This document shows, piece by piece, positions 1 through 8,407 of a DNA stretch of 64,000 bases (positions are counted from its first letter, which is position 1; every line of letters begins with the position of its first letter). Source of the stretch: Acidimicrobiales bacterium (lineage in GTDB: Bacteria > Actinomycetota > Acidimicrobiia > Acidimicrobiales > AC-9); NCBI GenBank assembly GCA_051985455.1, contig JBPYEI010000103.1, positions 637-64,636 of the forward strand, read 5' to 3'. The notes under the pieces were generated by a model. It saw only the letters and a list, made by a program, of their open reading frames with translations. It had not been told where the DNA came from and made no database searches. Both the position numbers and the translations under genes were made by a program.

Positions 1-1669
1 TCAGCGGTGTGATACATGTGTGGCAGACGCCGGTTCGACAGCTCCAGCGGGTGGGAACATCACAGGCGTCGGCGAGCTCGAGCACGCTCTTCTTCGCGGT
101 GTCGAAGGGAGTGGCAACCCCGCTGCGGGCGAAGGTGACGAGCGGTCCGGATCCGGTCAGCCCGGGCGGCTGATGGGGCGCCGGGCGGGGTTGGTCGGTG
201 AGGCCGGGGTTGATCGATGCGAGTGCTCCGAAGAGCTCGGTGTGGACACGAGAGGAGTCCACTCCGACGGCGGTGAGCCCCTTCGGGATGTCGGCCATGA
301 ATGCCGGTGGACCGCACACGTAGACGCTTGCATCGGGAGGAAGCTCTAGCTGGCCGAGTGCCTCTTTCGTGAGGCGCCCAGCAGAGGCGTGCGAAGCACG
401 GCATTCGTCCTCGGTGGCGGCGCTGTAGAAGATGTGCTCGTGCGCGTTGGGAAGCGCGGCGATGAGGGAGTGCGCCTCGGCGGCCAGGGCGTGCTCTGCC
501 GGCCGCCGGGCGCCGTGGAGCCACCAGATGTCGCGGTCGCTGCGCTGAGCCGCCAGCTGGTGCAGCATCGACAGGACCGGTGTGAGACCGATGCCGGCGG
601 AGATGAGAAGAACTGGGGTGGTGTCGGCGTCGAGGACGAAGTCGCCCCGGGGTGCGGCCACCTCCAGGGTCGCGCCCGCTCGGAGCTTGCGGTTCAGGTA
701 GGTGCTAGCGCTGCCGTGCGGTTCGCGCTTGACGCTGATCCGGTAGCTTCCAGTGTCGGGCGCAGAGGAGAACGAGTAGCTCCGCACGGGGGCGGGTTGG
801 CCGGCCCCGGTGATCCGGAGCGTGAGGTACTGGCCCGCCAGGGCGGAGGGGAGGGCACCGCCTCCGGGGTCGGCCAGGTAGATCGAGGAGACCGTGCCCG
901 TCTCTCGAACCACCTTGGTGACGCGCATCGTCCGGAAGCCGCTCCACGCCGGGGCGGGAGGCGCTCCGAGCTCGCTGGCGGTCAGGTCGCGAAACGATTG
1001 CTGCCAGCCGGGGCTCAGGGCGGGGATCTGCAGGGAGACGCGCAGCTTGGCCGGGTCTCGGCCGGGCAGGTACAGCAGCGCATCGGTATCGGCTACACTG
1101 AGTGCACCCGGTCCGGTTCTGGTCTTGATGATCTGGTCTCCGGCCTGGATGTGTCCTTCGCGGATGACGCGCATGTAGAAGCCGGGACGGCGGTGGCTGA
1201 CCAGCAGTGCGGGCAGCTCGGGCTCACCCAGGCGAAGCCCGACTCGGTAGCAGGTGACTCGGGGTTGGGTGACCTCGAACTCGGCCTCGCCGATGCGGTA
1301 CCGATCGCCGATGCAGACCTGGTCGTCGGGGAGGCCGTCGACGGTGGGGTTCTCGCCGAACTGCCCGTAGCCGAAGTCGTCGCGTCCGAAGTGTCGCTGC
1401 CAGTGCAGGTACGACTCGATCTGGTAGACGAGAACAGCCCGTTGCTCGCCGCCGTGCCCGTCGAGATCGCCCTGGCCATCGCCGTCGATGTTGAGCCGCC
1501 GAACCATCCTGGGGCCCTGGACCGGGTACTTCCACACCCCGGTGTGCACGGTCCTGCCCTCCCAGGCCACATCCTGTGGCATGCCCACGTTGACGGCCAG
1601 GAGCGACGGCATCCGGTGCTCCCGTTCCGTGACCATGGCCGTAGGCGGCGGGCTTCCGGTCTCGGTCAT
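1..1669 (-). CDS. MOSC domain / FNR-type FAD-NAD(P)-binding / 2Fe-2S ferredoxin fusion oxidoreductase (C-terminus cut by the window edge)
   Basis: Absent from the ORF track because the frame is open at the window edge. Hand translation of the minus strand from the ATG at 1669 gives MTETGSPPPTAMVTEREHRMPSLLAVNVGMPQDVAW (MOSC-like N-terminus). Mid-gene reads ..QPAPVRSYSFSSAPDTGSYR.. (R-x-Y-S flavin-binding motif) and ..GTVSSIYLADPGGGALPSA... The last codons in the window read ..ADACDVPTRWSCRTGVCHTCITPL (ferredoxin C-x4-C-x2-C). No other minus-strand ORF is listed in this frame. The ATG overlaps the stop of the upstream gene (ATGA). Confidence 0.8.
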   Translation of the reverse strand, partial: MTETGSPPPTAMVTEREHRMPSLLAVNVGMPQDVAWEGRTVHTGVWKYPVQGPRMVRRLNIDGDGQGDLDGHGGEQRAVLVYQIESYLHWQRHFGRDDFGYGQFGENPTVDGLPDDQVCIGDRYRIGEAEFEVTQPRVTCYRVGLRLGEPELPALLVSHRRPGFYMRVIREGHIQAGDQIIKTRTGPGALSVADTDALLYLPGRDPAKLRVSLQIPALSPGWQQSFRDLTASELGAPPAPAWSGFRTMRVTKVVRETGTVSSIYLADPGGGALPSALAGQYLTLRITGAGQPAPVRSYSFSSAPDTGSYRISVKREPHGSASTYLNRKLRAGATLEVAAPRGDFVLDADTTPVLLISAGIGLTPVLSMLHQLAAQRSDRDIWWLHGARRPAEHALAAEAHSLIAALPNAHEHIFYSAATEDECRASHASAGRLTKEALGQLELPPDASVYVCGPPAFMADIPKGLTAVGVDSSRVHTELFGALASINPGLTDQPRPAPHQPPGLTGSGPLVTFARSGVATPFDTAKKSVLELADACDVPTRWSCRTGVCHTCITPL

Positions 1670-2532
1670 CGCCGTTGGGCGGCGAACTCGTCGACATCGA
1701 GGTGCCGATCGACGCCATGGGGGAGCACGTTCTGACCGGGCTCGAGTCGAAGCCTGGCGCCGTCGACGTCGACCGAGACCCTGTCCGGTTCGAACGACAC
1801 CATTCCGGATATACGTCCGACCTCGGGAAAGGCGTCCCGATACGACCATGCCGCTCCCTGCGCGTCCCCGATGTCGTAGTAGCTGCACAGTCCCTTGTAG
1901 GGACAGAACGTCTGCCCCACGACGGGGGTGAGCCCCGTCTCGTCGATGTCAGGTACCGGGACATACCAGCGGGGCGCGAACCCCGACTCGTACAGGGCGA
2001 GTGGGCGGGAGCAGTCGGCGACGACCCGGTCATCCTGTCGGACCACCAGATGCCGGCTGGTCTGGCGAATGTCGATGCGGTGGTAGCTGTCGGCGGCGTG
2101 GCCGACGATCCGCTCGTCTTCTTCGTAGAAGGCGTCCATTGCCCGCCAGGCAAAGGCCACCCGGTCCTTCAGGTCTGTGGCGTGTGCGGGTAGCTCGGTG
2201 TGCTGCCAAGCGGCTCTCGGTTTGCTCTGCTCGTCAACGCCGACCGTGTACCAGGAGGTCGCCCCGAGGTCACGGTGGCTGGTGACGTGCTCGCTCGGTT
2301 GCAGCACCTCGGGGGCGATGTCGCTGAGCGGAAAGTAGGCCACCGGGTAACGGCCGGGCTCGTGCAGGAGTACGACGTTTTCACTGTCGGCTATCCAGAT
2401 GCCGCCGAAGAGCACGCGCATGTGGCGGCGCAAGGGTTCGGCGTAGAGCAGCCTCTCGGGAAGCGGATCGGCAACGAGGAAGCGGCCGATCGTCCCATGT
2501 GACAGTGGACCCTGTTGCCAAGCCAGTCCCAT
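1666..2532 (-). CDS. DUF427 domain protein (two tandem DUF427-like modules)
   Basis: 288-aa ORF. The second module carries the family hallmark ..GQTFCPYKGLCSYYDI... The first module is degenerate (..HRDLGATSWYTV..). The stop overlaps the start of the downstream MOSC fusion gene. Confidence 0.8.
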   Translation of the reverse strand: MGLAWQQGPLSHGTIGRFLVADPLPERLLYAEPLRRHMRVLFGGIWIADSENVVLLHEPGRYPVAYFPLSDIAPEVLQPSEHVTSHRDLGATSWYTVGVDEQSKPRAAWQHTELPAHATDLKDRVAFAWRAMDAFYEEDERIVGHAADSYHRIDIRQTSRHLVVRQDDRVVADCSRPLALYESGFAPRWYVPVPDIDETGLTPVVGQTFCPYKGLCSYYDIGDAQGAAWSYRDAFPEVGRISGMVSFEPDRVSVDVDGARLRLEPGQNVLPHGVDRHLDVDEFAAQRR

Positions 2533-2633
2533 GGTCTCTTCCTTTCGTCGTCGAGGGGAACGCGCGATCTCTATGTGCTAGAAGTCACTGGTCGAACGTT
2601 CGAGCAGTGCCTGCCGTCCATGGTGAGGAGCAT

Positions 2634-3323
2634 TCAGACCAGGACCTCTCCACCATCGACCTGCAGTGTCACGCCGGTCAGGAACGTGTTCGTCATGCAG
2701 AACATGACCGCGCTGGCGATGTCCTCAGCCTTCCCGATGCGATGGGTCGGGTTCGTCTCGCTCGCGTGCTTGAAGAGCCTGGCCTTGCCGTCTTCGCCGA
2801 GCGCGTCCCAGGCGCCAGTGTCGATCGTGCCGGGAGAGATGGCGTTGACTCGGATCGGCGCCATCTCGACCGCCAGGGAGCGGGTCAGGGTGTCGGCTGC
2901 GCCGTTGGTGATGGCAACGGCCAGCGTTCCGACCTTGACCTCGAATGCAGTTGCGCCTGAGAAGACCAGAAACGAGCCGCCCTCGTTGACCTTTGGGCCG
3001 AGGTGCTTGGCAAGCATCAGCGGGCCAATGACCTTCGTGTCCAACGACCGCCGCACCTTCTCCCGATCGAGCTCAGCGAGCGTCCCGCGAGCTCGGGCCG
3101 AGGCGGTGCACACGACGTGGTCGATGGGGTCCAATCCTTTGGCGAGGGCCTCGATGGAGGCGTCGTCGGTGACGTCCACGGTCGCCGTCGTGATCCCTGG
3201 ATCGTCGTAAGCAGCTCGGAGCTTCTTCTCGTCGCGACCGGCCGCGATGGCGGTTGCCCCGGCCGCGCGTGCGGCCTGCGTGACTGCTCGTGCGATGCCG
3301 CTGTCTCGTCCTATCACCATCAC
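2634..3323 (-). CDS. SDR family oxidoreductase
   Basis: 229-aa ORF. It has a Gly-rich dinucleotide site (MMVIGRDSGIARA), ..NAISPGTIDT.. and a C-terminal ..TGVTLQVDGGEVL typical of short-chain dehydrogenases. The N-terminus is very short, with a GTG/ATG start at 3323/3320 and no in-frame start further upstream. Confidence 0.8.
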   Translation of the reverse strand: MMVIGRDSGIARAVTQAARAAGATAIAAGRDEKKLRAAYDDPGITTATVDVTDDASIEALAKGLDPIDHVVCTASARARGTLAELDREKVRRSLDTKVIGPLMLAKHLGPKVNEGGSFLVFSGATAFEVKVGTLAVAITNGAADTLTRSLAVEMAPIRVNAISPGTIDTGAWDALGEDGKARLFKHASETNPTHRIGKAEDIASAVMFCMTNTFLTGVTLQVDGGEVLV

Positions 3324-3626
3324 CGTCTTGTCCTGCAGTGGTCGCCCATCATGGTCTCCAACGTGTCTTGGACGTCGATCCCTGGCTCAGGCTCGATCTG
3401 GCCAGTCGCGCTGACGTCAGTGACACTCCAGGTGAGGTTCTTACGCCGCCGAAGTGAGAGATTCGGTCGGTGGCAGGACCTCCCAGCCAGGTCGGGATTC
3501 AAGAGTGATGTGCTCGAATCAGTAGGTAAGAACTGCCGCGACCGTGACGCTCACTCTGTTGGGCGGGATGGCTACCTTCCATCGCATCGCCGAGGTGCCC
3601 CGATGGTTTCACGCAGGCGAAGGGGG

Positions 3627-3860
3627 ATGAACGATCGTCGTGGCTTGGACGGTTTGCTTCACGCCAAAGATGGCGACGCTGGGTGCACGGCCGGCGAGGA
3701 TATCCTCGAGGTTTACGTCGAGCTAGAGCTCGCCGGTGGAGACCCGGCTCAAGCTTTCCCCGGCACCGCGATCCACCTTCAGGGCTGCCCGGGCTGCCGG
3801 ACCGATCACGACGGACTGCTCGACGCAGCCCGCCTTGTGGTAGGCATCGAGCCCGACTGA
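3627..3860 (+). CDS. Small zf-HC2 (ZAS-type, RsrA-like) putative anti-sigma protein, orphan paralog of 4624..4860
   Basis: The ATG at 3627 is preceded by GAAGGGGG. The 77-aa product is MNDRRGLDGLLHAKDGDAGCTAGEDILEVYVELELAGGDPAQAFPGTAIHLQGCPGC... It shows the same Cys ... H-x3-C-x2-C layout and the same Cys-to-His spacing (30 residues) as the anti-sigma at 4624..4860. It is embedded in a longer junk-looking ORF (3003..3860). Confidence 0.4.
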   Translation: MNDRRGLDGLLHAKDGDAGCTAGEDILEVYVELELAGGDPAQAFPGTAIHLQGCPGCRTDHDGLLDAARLVVGIEPD

Positions 3861-3923
3861 CGACCGTACGGCTGAATCTGCTGAGGCGTCGCGAGTCGGA
3901 CCTCCCCGCCTACCGCAACTAAA

Positions 3924-3947
3924 CGCCGCCCGCGGCGCCGCCCGCGG
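3924..3947. repeat. Tandem 12-mer CGCCGCCCGCGG x2 (self-complementary CCGCGG cores) in a convergent intergenic region; possible terminator hairpin
   Basis: Read directly: cgccgcccgcgg cgccgcccgcgg at 3924-3947, between the ends of 3627..3860(+) and 3982..4512(-). Confidence 0.5.
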
Positions 3948-3981
3948 CAGGAGCTTCTCGTCGGTCGCCTGACCGAACCTG

Positions 3982-4512
3982 TCAGTCCTTCGGGTCGAGC
4001 AGGCTGCCGACCGGGACGTCGAGGGAGTCGAGGAGGGCGGCCATCTTCTGGTCGACCTCCACTCCTACCCGGTGGATGTCGGCGTCGGCGAAGCTCGAGA
4101 AGCAGGTGCTGGGCTGGTCGAACGCAAAGCGGGTGCGGCCTTCAGGGCCGACGTAGATCACGATGCGAAGCGGGGCGTAGAGCAGTACCGAGGGGTCGTA
4201 TCGGAACATCAGCTCGGCAACTGTCGGGTTACCCATCAGGTACTCGACGCACTGCCAGCTGTTCCCTGCCAACGCCATAAGCGCAGTCGCTTCCATCTTC
4301 CAGTAGGTGAGGAATCCGTGGGACGTGGTTGCCGCCGTGTCGGCGATGACCTGGACCCACGAAGCGCCTTCCTCCACTCGCTTGGCTAGACGGCGTCGAT
4401 CGAGTTCTGGGACCACCGACTCGTAGCGCTCGCAGAACGCTTCGTACTCCTGGTCGACGTCGACTGCAAGCCTGCGTACCTCGTGCGGATACGAGGTCAC
4501 GCCTACCATCAC
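3982..4512 (-). CDS. DUF302 domain protein
   Basis: 176-aa ORF with protein-like composition. The ..LLYAPLRIVIYVGPEGRTRFAFDQPS.. segment resembles the DUF302 fold signature. Family assignment is by eye only. Confidence 0.7.
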   Translation of the reverse strand: MMVGVTSYPHEVRRLAVDVDQEYEAFCERYESVVPELDRRRLAKRVEEGASWVQVIADTAATTSHGFLTYWKMEATALMALAGNSWQCVEYLMGNPTVAELMFRYDPSVLLYAPLRIVIYVGPEGRTRFAFDQPSTCFSSFADADIHRVGVEVDQKMAALLDSLDVPVGSLLDPKD

Positions 4513-4623
4513 AGTCCCCCTTTCGTTGCCAGTGGCGGGATGCGGAGATGGGGGATCGTTCCGTTCACTTGATCTGGCCCTGTGGACAGGAAGGCCGTGG
4601 TCAGGGCTGATTCGGTGGCCGGA

Positions 4624-4860
4624 TCAGCGAGGGTCATCCGGGCCCGACTCCGCGACCGCGGTGACCAGTCCCATGAAGACTTGATGGCAGGCGGCGCAAC
4701 CGCGCAGATGTGCCGCGACACGCGGGAAACGACGTGCGCCATTGTGCTCCGCGAGCTCCGCCTCAGCGTACCGATCGAGTAGCTCGAAGGTCTCCCTGCA
4801 GCCCCCATCGCGAGGGTCCGCGCTGAGGAGCTCGTCGATAGTCCAGCGATCCGTCATCAT
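4624..4860 (-). CDS. Cytoplasmic zinc-binding anti-sigma factor (ZAS, zf-HC2, RsrA-like; no TM segment)
   Basis: 78 aa. Cys21 is followed by H51-L-R-G-C55-A-A-C58 (H-x3-C-x2-C). The start overlaps the stop of the upstream sigma gene (4857..4860), indicating co-translation. Confidence 0.75.
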   Translation of the reverse strand: MMTDRWTIDELLSADPRDGGCRETFELLDRYAEAELAEHNGARRFPRVAAHLRGCAACHQVFMGLVTAVAESGPDDPR

Positions 4861-5531
4861 CGCTCCTCGTCGCTACGCAAGTGGTAACCGGCATGAGCAA
4901 GGCTGCTTCTGAGCTTACGCCGGGCATCGAAAAGAATCTTGTAGATGTTGTTGCGGCTGCAGCCCAACTCGTGGGTCAGAGCGTCGGTCGGAACCTCATT
5001 TATGGCGATGGCAACAAAGACGGTGCGCTGGCGCTCAGTCAGGTCCGCTTCGATCGCCCGCCGTAGCAGACCGACGAGTTCATTCAGCTCGAAGTGCTGT
5101 TCCGGCACAAATGAGAGGCGGTCGGCCATGCCTTCCCAATCGACCTCGGTGTGCACCGGCGACCGCGTGCGCCAGAAATGCCGGCCCATCTTGGTCGACA
5201 CCTCGAACATAACGAATTTGTACGCCCAGGTCGTGAATCGACTCTCACCCCGGAAATCGTTCAGCTTGCCCAAGATGGCCACGAGGGCGTCGTTCGCGGC
5301 CTGGTGAGCGATGTCGTCCAGCTCGGGACCGCGGATCCCGAGCTGTGGAGCACGCCGGTTCGCCTCGTGCCGCGCGGCGCGCAAGAGCAGCGACCATAGC
5401 TCAGCGACGGTGTTGTCATACTCGGCGCCTGACGAGTGCAGGCCATCGATCCAGGCCAGGGAATCAAGATCCGCCAAACGGCCCCCGGCCCTGCGGACCT
5501 GGCTCTCCTCCGCCGGCTCCGCGAACGACAC
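4857..5531 (-). CDS. ECF-type sigma-70 family RNA polymerase sigma factor
   Basis: Region 2 reads ..DDIAHQAANDALVAILGKLNDFRGESRFTTWAYKFVMFEV... Region 4 HTH reads ..LTERQRTVFVAIAINEVPTDALTHELGCSRNNIYKILFDARRKL... The track ORF extends to 5750, but its first 73 codons have poor codon usage. I place the start at GTG 5531; a TTG a few codons further in is also possible. Confidence 0.85.
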   Translation of the reverse strand: MSFAEPAEESQVRRAGGRLADLDSLAWIDGLHSSGAEYDNTVAELWSLLLRAARHEANRRAPQLGIRGPELDDIAHQAANDALVAILGKLNDFRGESRFTTWAYKFVMFEVSTKMGRHFWRTRSPVHTEVDWEGMADRLSFVPEQHFELNELVGLLRRAIEADLTERQRTVFVAIAINEVPTDALTHELGCSRNNIYKILFDARRKLRSSLAHAGYHLRSDEER

Positions 5532-5810
5532 AAATTTGGAGAGTACACCTGCCCGCCCCCACGCTGCCTGACCGCGTCGACGGGCGGCGCGAGCCGCAGC
5601 GAGGGTTCCAGCTGGAGGTAGCGGCTCGGGCGCAGAAGTTGAGAAGACCGCTCCGCGCCAAGGCGGCGACAGGGGAGTGCTCACGAAATGCTCAGGAAGT
5701 GCCCGGATGCAATGGACCCAACCGCAACGCCTGGATGGGGCTAGAGACAACGTCCCTGCTCAGGCGCTCTTCGTGGACCCAGCGGACGAGCTAGACGGGC
5801 TTTTCGTCGC

Positions 5811-5855
5811 CTGGGGGTCAAGAGGTCGCCGGTTCGAATCCGGCCAGCCCGACCA
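5811..5855 (+). pseudogene. tRNA-Pro(GGG)-like 3' fragment (anticodon loop to CCA end); not a complete tRNA
   Basis: 5823-5855 reads AGGTC GCCGG TTCGAAT CCGGC CAGCCCG A CCA. That is a variable loop, a perfect T-arm, a 3' acceptor strand ending in G72, discriminator A73 and an encoded CCA. The C1-G72/A73 pattern is the bacterial tRNA-Pro hallmark. 5811-5817 reads CTGGGGG, which fits a Pro GGG anticodon loop. The flanking pentamers (GTCGC / TCAAG) cannot pair, and no 5' acceptor strand, D-arm or anticodon stem lies upstream. Confidence 0.5.
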
Positions 5856-6106
5856 AGAAGATGCAGGTCAAAGGCGGTGCGGCCCTTGGGTCCAACCGTG
5901 CTCTCCGCAGTACGAGAGGGCGACCGCTTGCCGAGGCAATCGAGGCCTGCGTGCTGACGTCGATCAGAGAGGGCATCCTTGCTCGCTCGGCCACTGAGCC
6001 CATCGGGCTCACTCATAGCCGCTGGGTTCGAGCGGAACACTGTCTTCGACGATCAACGGTTACCGTGTCTAGATTTGGCCGAGCCCCGGTCCGATAAGGA
6101 GGTCCG

Positions 6107-6976
6107 ATGGAGTACAAGACGATCCTCGCCGACGAGGACTGCGGCGTGGCCACCATCACTCTGAATCGTCCCGACCGACTGAACGCCTATGTGTGGCGAA
6201 TGGGAGTCGAGTTGCGCCATGCCATCTGCGCCTTCGAGGTGCGTGACGATATCAGGGCGATCGTCGTAACCGGGGCTGGGAGGGCCTTCTGCGCTGGCGC
6301 CGACATGGCTGAGGGAGCAGCCACATTCGGTGGCGGCCCCGACGAGCAGCAAAGGGTTCGTGACGAGCGTCGTCGCCTCGCCGGCGAGCTGAAGCCAGCG
6401 ACCAACGCGGCGTACTGGGAGATGACGACGCCGATCATTGGTGCCATCAACGGACCGGCCGTGGGGGCGGGCCTCACCATTCCGATGCAATGGGACATGC
6501 GTATCGTGGCCGAGGACGCCAAGCTGGCCTTCGCCTTCAACCGCCGGGGCGTGATTCCCGAGCTCGGCGCGGAGTGGCTGGTACCTCGGGTAGTGGGCGT
6601 GGCCAGGGCCTTCGATCTCCTCGTGACGGGCCGTACCTTCTCGGGCCGCTACGCGGCGGAGATCGGACTTGCCAACGAGGCCGTGCCCACGGCGGAGGTT
6701 CTCGCCCGAGCCCACGGGGTGGCCCGCGATATCGCCACGAACGTGGCGCCCGCCTCGGCCACCCTCGTCAAGCAGATGATCTACCGCTTCCTCGACGAGC
6801 CTGAGAGGGATCGAGCCGAGCGCCTCGTTGAGCAGGCGTTCGCGTGGACGACTCAGCAGGCTGATGCCCGGGAGGGCCCGGTGGCGTTCCTGGAGAAGCG
6901 TGAGCCTCGATGGAAGCTGGCCAAGAACAGCGAGTTCCCGGACGAGCTACTGGGCCGCCGACAGGAGTGTGGATAG
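6107..6976 (+). CDS. Enoyl-CoA hydratase/isomerase (crotonase) family protein
   Basis: 289 aa with SD TAAGGAGG upstream. Sequence ..ITLNRPDRLNA.. and ..VVTGAGRAFCAGADM.. (oxyanion-hole motif) are typical of crotonases. Confidence 0.9.
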   Translation: MEYKTILADEDCGVATITLNRPDRLNAYVWRMGVELRHAICAFEVRDDIRAIVVTGAGRAFCAGADMAEGAATFGGGPDEQQRVRDERRRLAGELKPATNAAYWEMTTPIIGAINGPAVGAGLTIPMQWDMRIVAEDAKLAFAFNRRGVIPELGAEWLVPRVVGVARAFDLLVTGRTFSGRYAAEIGLANEAVPTAEVLARAHGVARDIATNVAPASATLVKQMIYRFLDEPERDRAERLVEQAFAWTTQQADAREGPVAFLEKREPRWKLAKNSEFPDELLGRRQECG

Positions 6977-7145
6977 TCGGCAGCCAGTCCTTGTCAGGCG
7001 CGAACAGATCCGACAGGCGCACGTCGACAGGGCAGCCTTGGCGCCCCTCCTAAGCCAGGGCTCCTGGACGGTGCGTCACCGGGTGTGAGCCTGAATTTGT
7101 GGGGGCACCCATCTGGTTCACGGCGTAGTCCTCTATCCTCTGGTC

Positions 7146-7919
7146 GTGCCCGGACAGTTCCAGGTGATCTGTGAGGTAGAGCCAGCCACCCGCTCGGATC
7201 TGATGCACGTCCGGCACCAGATCGGAGTGCTCAGCAAGGTGGCGACTGCCTACTTGATCCCTGACAACCATCTGGGACGAGCCACCGTGTCGAGCGTGGC
7301 GGTGGCCCACGAGGTGGCACAGATGGGTGGGCGGGCGATCGCCTGCTTGAACGCAAGGGACCGCAATCTTCTCGGGTTCCGCCGCGATCTGCTCACGGCT
7401 GCCGCCTACGGCGTGGATGAGTTCCTCTTCGTGTACGGGGACCGCCCAGCGTCCGGAGTCCGAGGCGGTGACCTGAGTGTCCGGGCCATGATGGGCGAAG
7501 CTCGCTCCTTCCCAGTTGGCCTGAGCGACACGGCGGGTCGACTCCGGGTCGGGGTGACCGCAGCATTGGCTCCGCTGCCGGCGTGGAAGCGCGAAGCCGA
7601 CTTCTTGTTCGTGCAGGTGGGTTTCTCGGTTAGCGAACTGGTGGAATGGCGTTCGTCGATCGACTTCCATGGCAGTGTGTTCGCGGGCGTGATGGTGGTT
7701 TCGAGTGCCGCAATGGCCCGAAAACTGTCGGCCGATGTGCCTCAACTCGCGGTGCCCGACCAGGTGATGGCCCGCATTGAACGCGATCGGGACGCGGGCG
7801 TCGAGTTGGCCTGTTCGCTGGTCGGCGAGATCCGAGACTCAGGCTGCTTCGACGGTGTCCACTTGATAGCCGTCAACCGCTATCGCGACGTGGCCAGTCG
7901 TCTCGAGCGGGTGCTCTGA
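7146..7919 (+). CDS. Methylenetetrahydrofolate reductase (MetF-like) family protein
   Basis: 257 aa with a GTG start. Sequence ..FQVICEVEPATRSD..AYLIPDNHLGRATVSSVAVAHEV..ACLNARDRN..FLFVYGDRP.. matches the MTHFR TIM-barrel pattern by eye. It is shorter than canonical MetF. Confidence 0.7.
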   Translation: MPGQFQVICEVEPATRSDLMHVRHQIGVLSKVATAYLIPDNHLGRATVSSVAVAHEVAQMGGRAIACLNARDRNLLGFRRDLLTAAAYGVDEFLFVYGDRPASGVRGGDLSVRAMMGEARSFPVGLSDTAGRLRVGVTAALAPLPAWKREADFLFVQVGFSVSELVEWRSSIDFHGSVFAGVMVVSSAAMARKLSADVPQLAVPDQVMARIERDRDAGVELACSLVGEIRDSGCFDGVHLIAVNRYRDVASRLERVL

Positions 7920-8143
7920 CCAGGCCCCCCGATCCGACGATCAGGGCGCCCCTGGCATTGAGCACAGCGCGCACATTCTGGGACACCGCTGGGCTCGAAC
8001 ATCGATCCGGTGTTAGAAGCCGCGAGAGGCTGCGGAGCGATCGTTCACAGCGGCGCGGTCGCTCATCACCGCTCTGGCACTGCCACCGACATCGAGGCGA
8101 CCAAGTTCTCAAGCCGTCGACGCAGGCCCAGCGCCTCCAGACG

Positions 8144-8407
8144 GTGCCGTTCAAGGGCCATCCGGGGGTCTCGTATGGCCTCGGCATCGAAAACATCTCC
8201 GGGTGGCTGGGTCACGGCGGAGAGCTGTTCGGCTCCAACCCGCTCGAGCTCTACCTTCCCTCCCAACAGGCCTCCCTGGTCATATTCACAAACATCTATC
8301 CCTCTAAGACCTACCCAAGGTTGGCTAATGTTGTTTTAGGCAACCTGGTCACCAAGACCATCAGCCCAGGTAACGTCATCGCCTTGTCCTCCGCCCCCGA
8401 GGACTGA
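8144..8407 (+). pseudogene. C-terminal remnant of a serine hydrolase / beta-lactamase-family (class C / DD-peptidase-like) gene
   Basis: Only the last ~88 codons of ORF 7958..8407 look like protein: VPFKGHPGVSYGLGIENISGWLGHGGELFGSNPLELYLPSQQASLVIFTNIY... This matches the YGLGW..GHGG...G..S....P......V.L.N pattern of the family's C-terminus. The N-terminal 60 codons are R-rich junk, and no S-x-x-K module is present in any frame. The segment sits in a visibly lower-GC patch (about 8270-8400). Confidence 0.55.

Noticed and set aside
3320-3502. 60-aa minus-strand ORF whose stop overlaps the SDR start (TGATG)
   Set aside because: The ends are Arg-rich, codon usage is poor and no motif is present. 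The overlap is probably coincidental. I also looked here for a longer N-terminus of the SDR in its own frame and found no start codon.
5480-5855. Possibility that the tRNA-like 3' end at 5823-5855 is the end of a tmRNA (ssrA)
   Set aside because: The acceptor 3' strand is CAGCCCG, so position 70 is C and the G3:U70 Ala identity pair cannot form. No GGGG... 5' partner, no tag-peptide ORF ending in ..LAA and no pseudoknot-like segments were seen upstream. The upstream DNA is occupied by the sigma-factor gene.
5779-5855. Complete tRNA gene at this position
   Set aside because: I tried to fold 77-95 nt ending at the CCA. No 5' acceptor strand (CGGGCTG expected) or D-arm is present, and the pentamers flanking the putative anticodon loop do not pair. 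Only a fragment is supported.
6977-7145. SAM or THF riboswitch upstream of the MetF-like gene
   Set aside because: I read the leader for SAM-I, SAM-IV and THF core sequences and saw none of the conserved segments.
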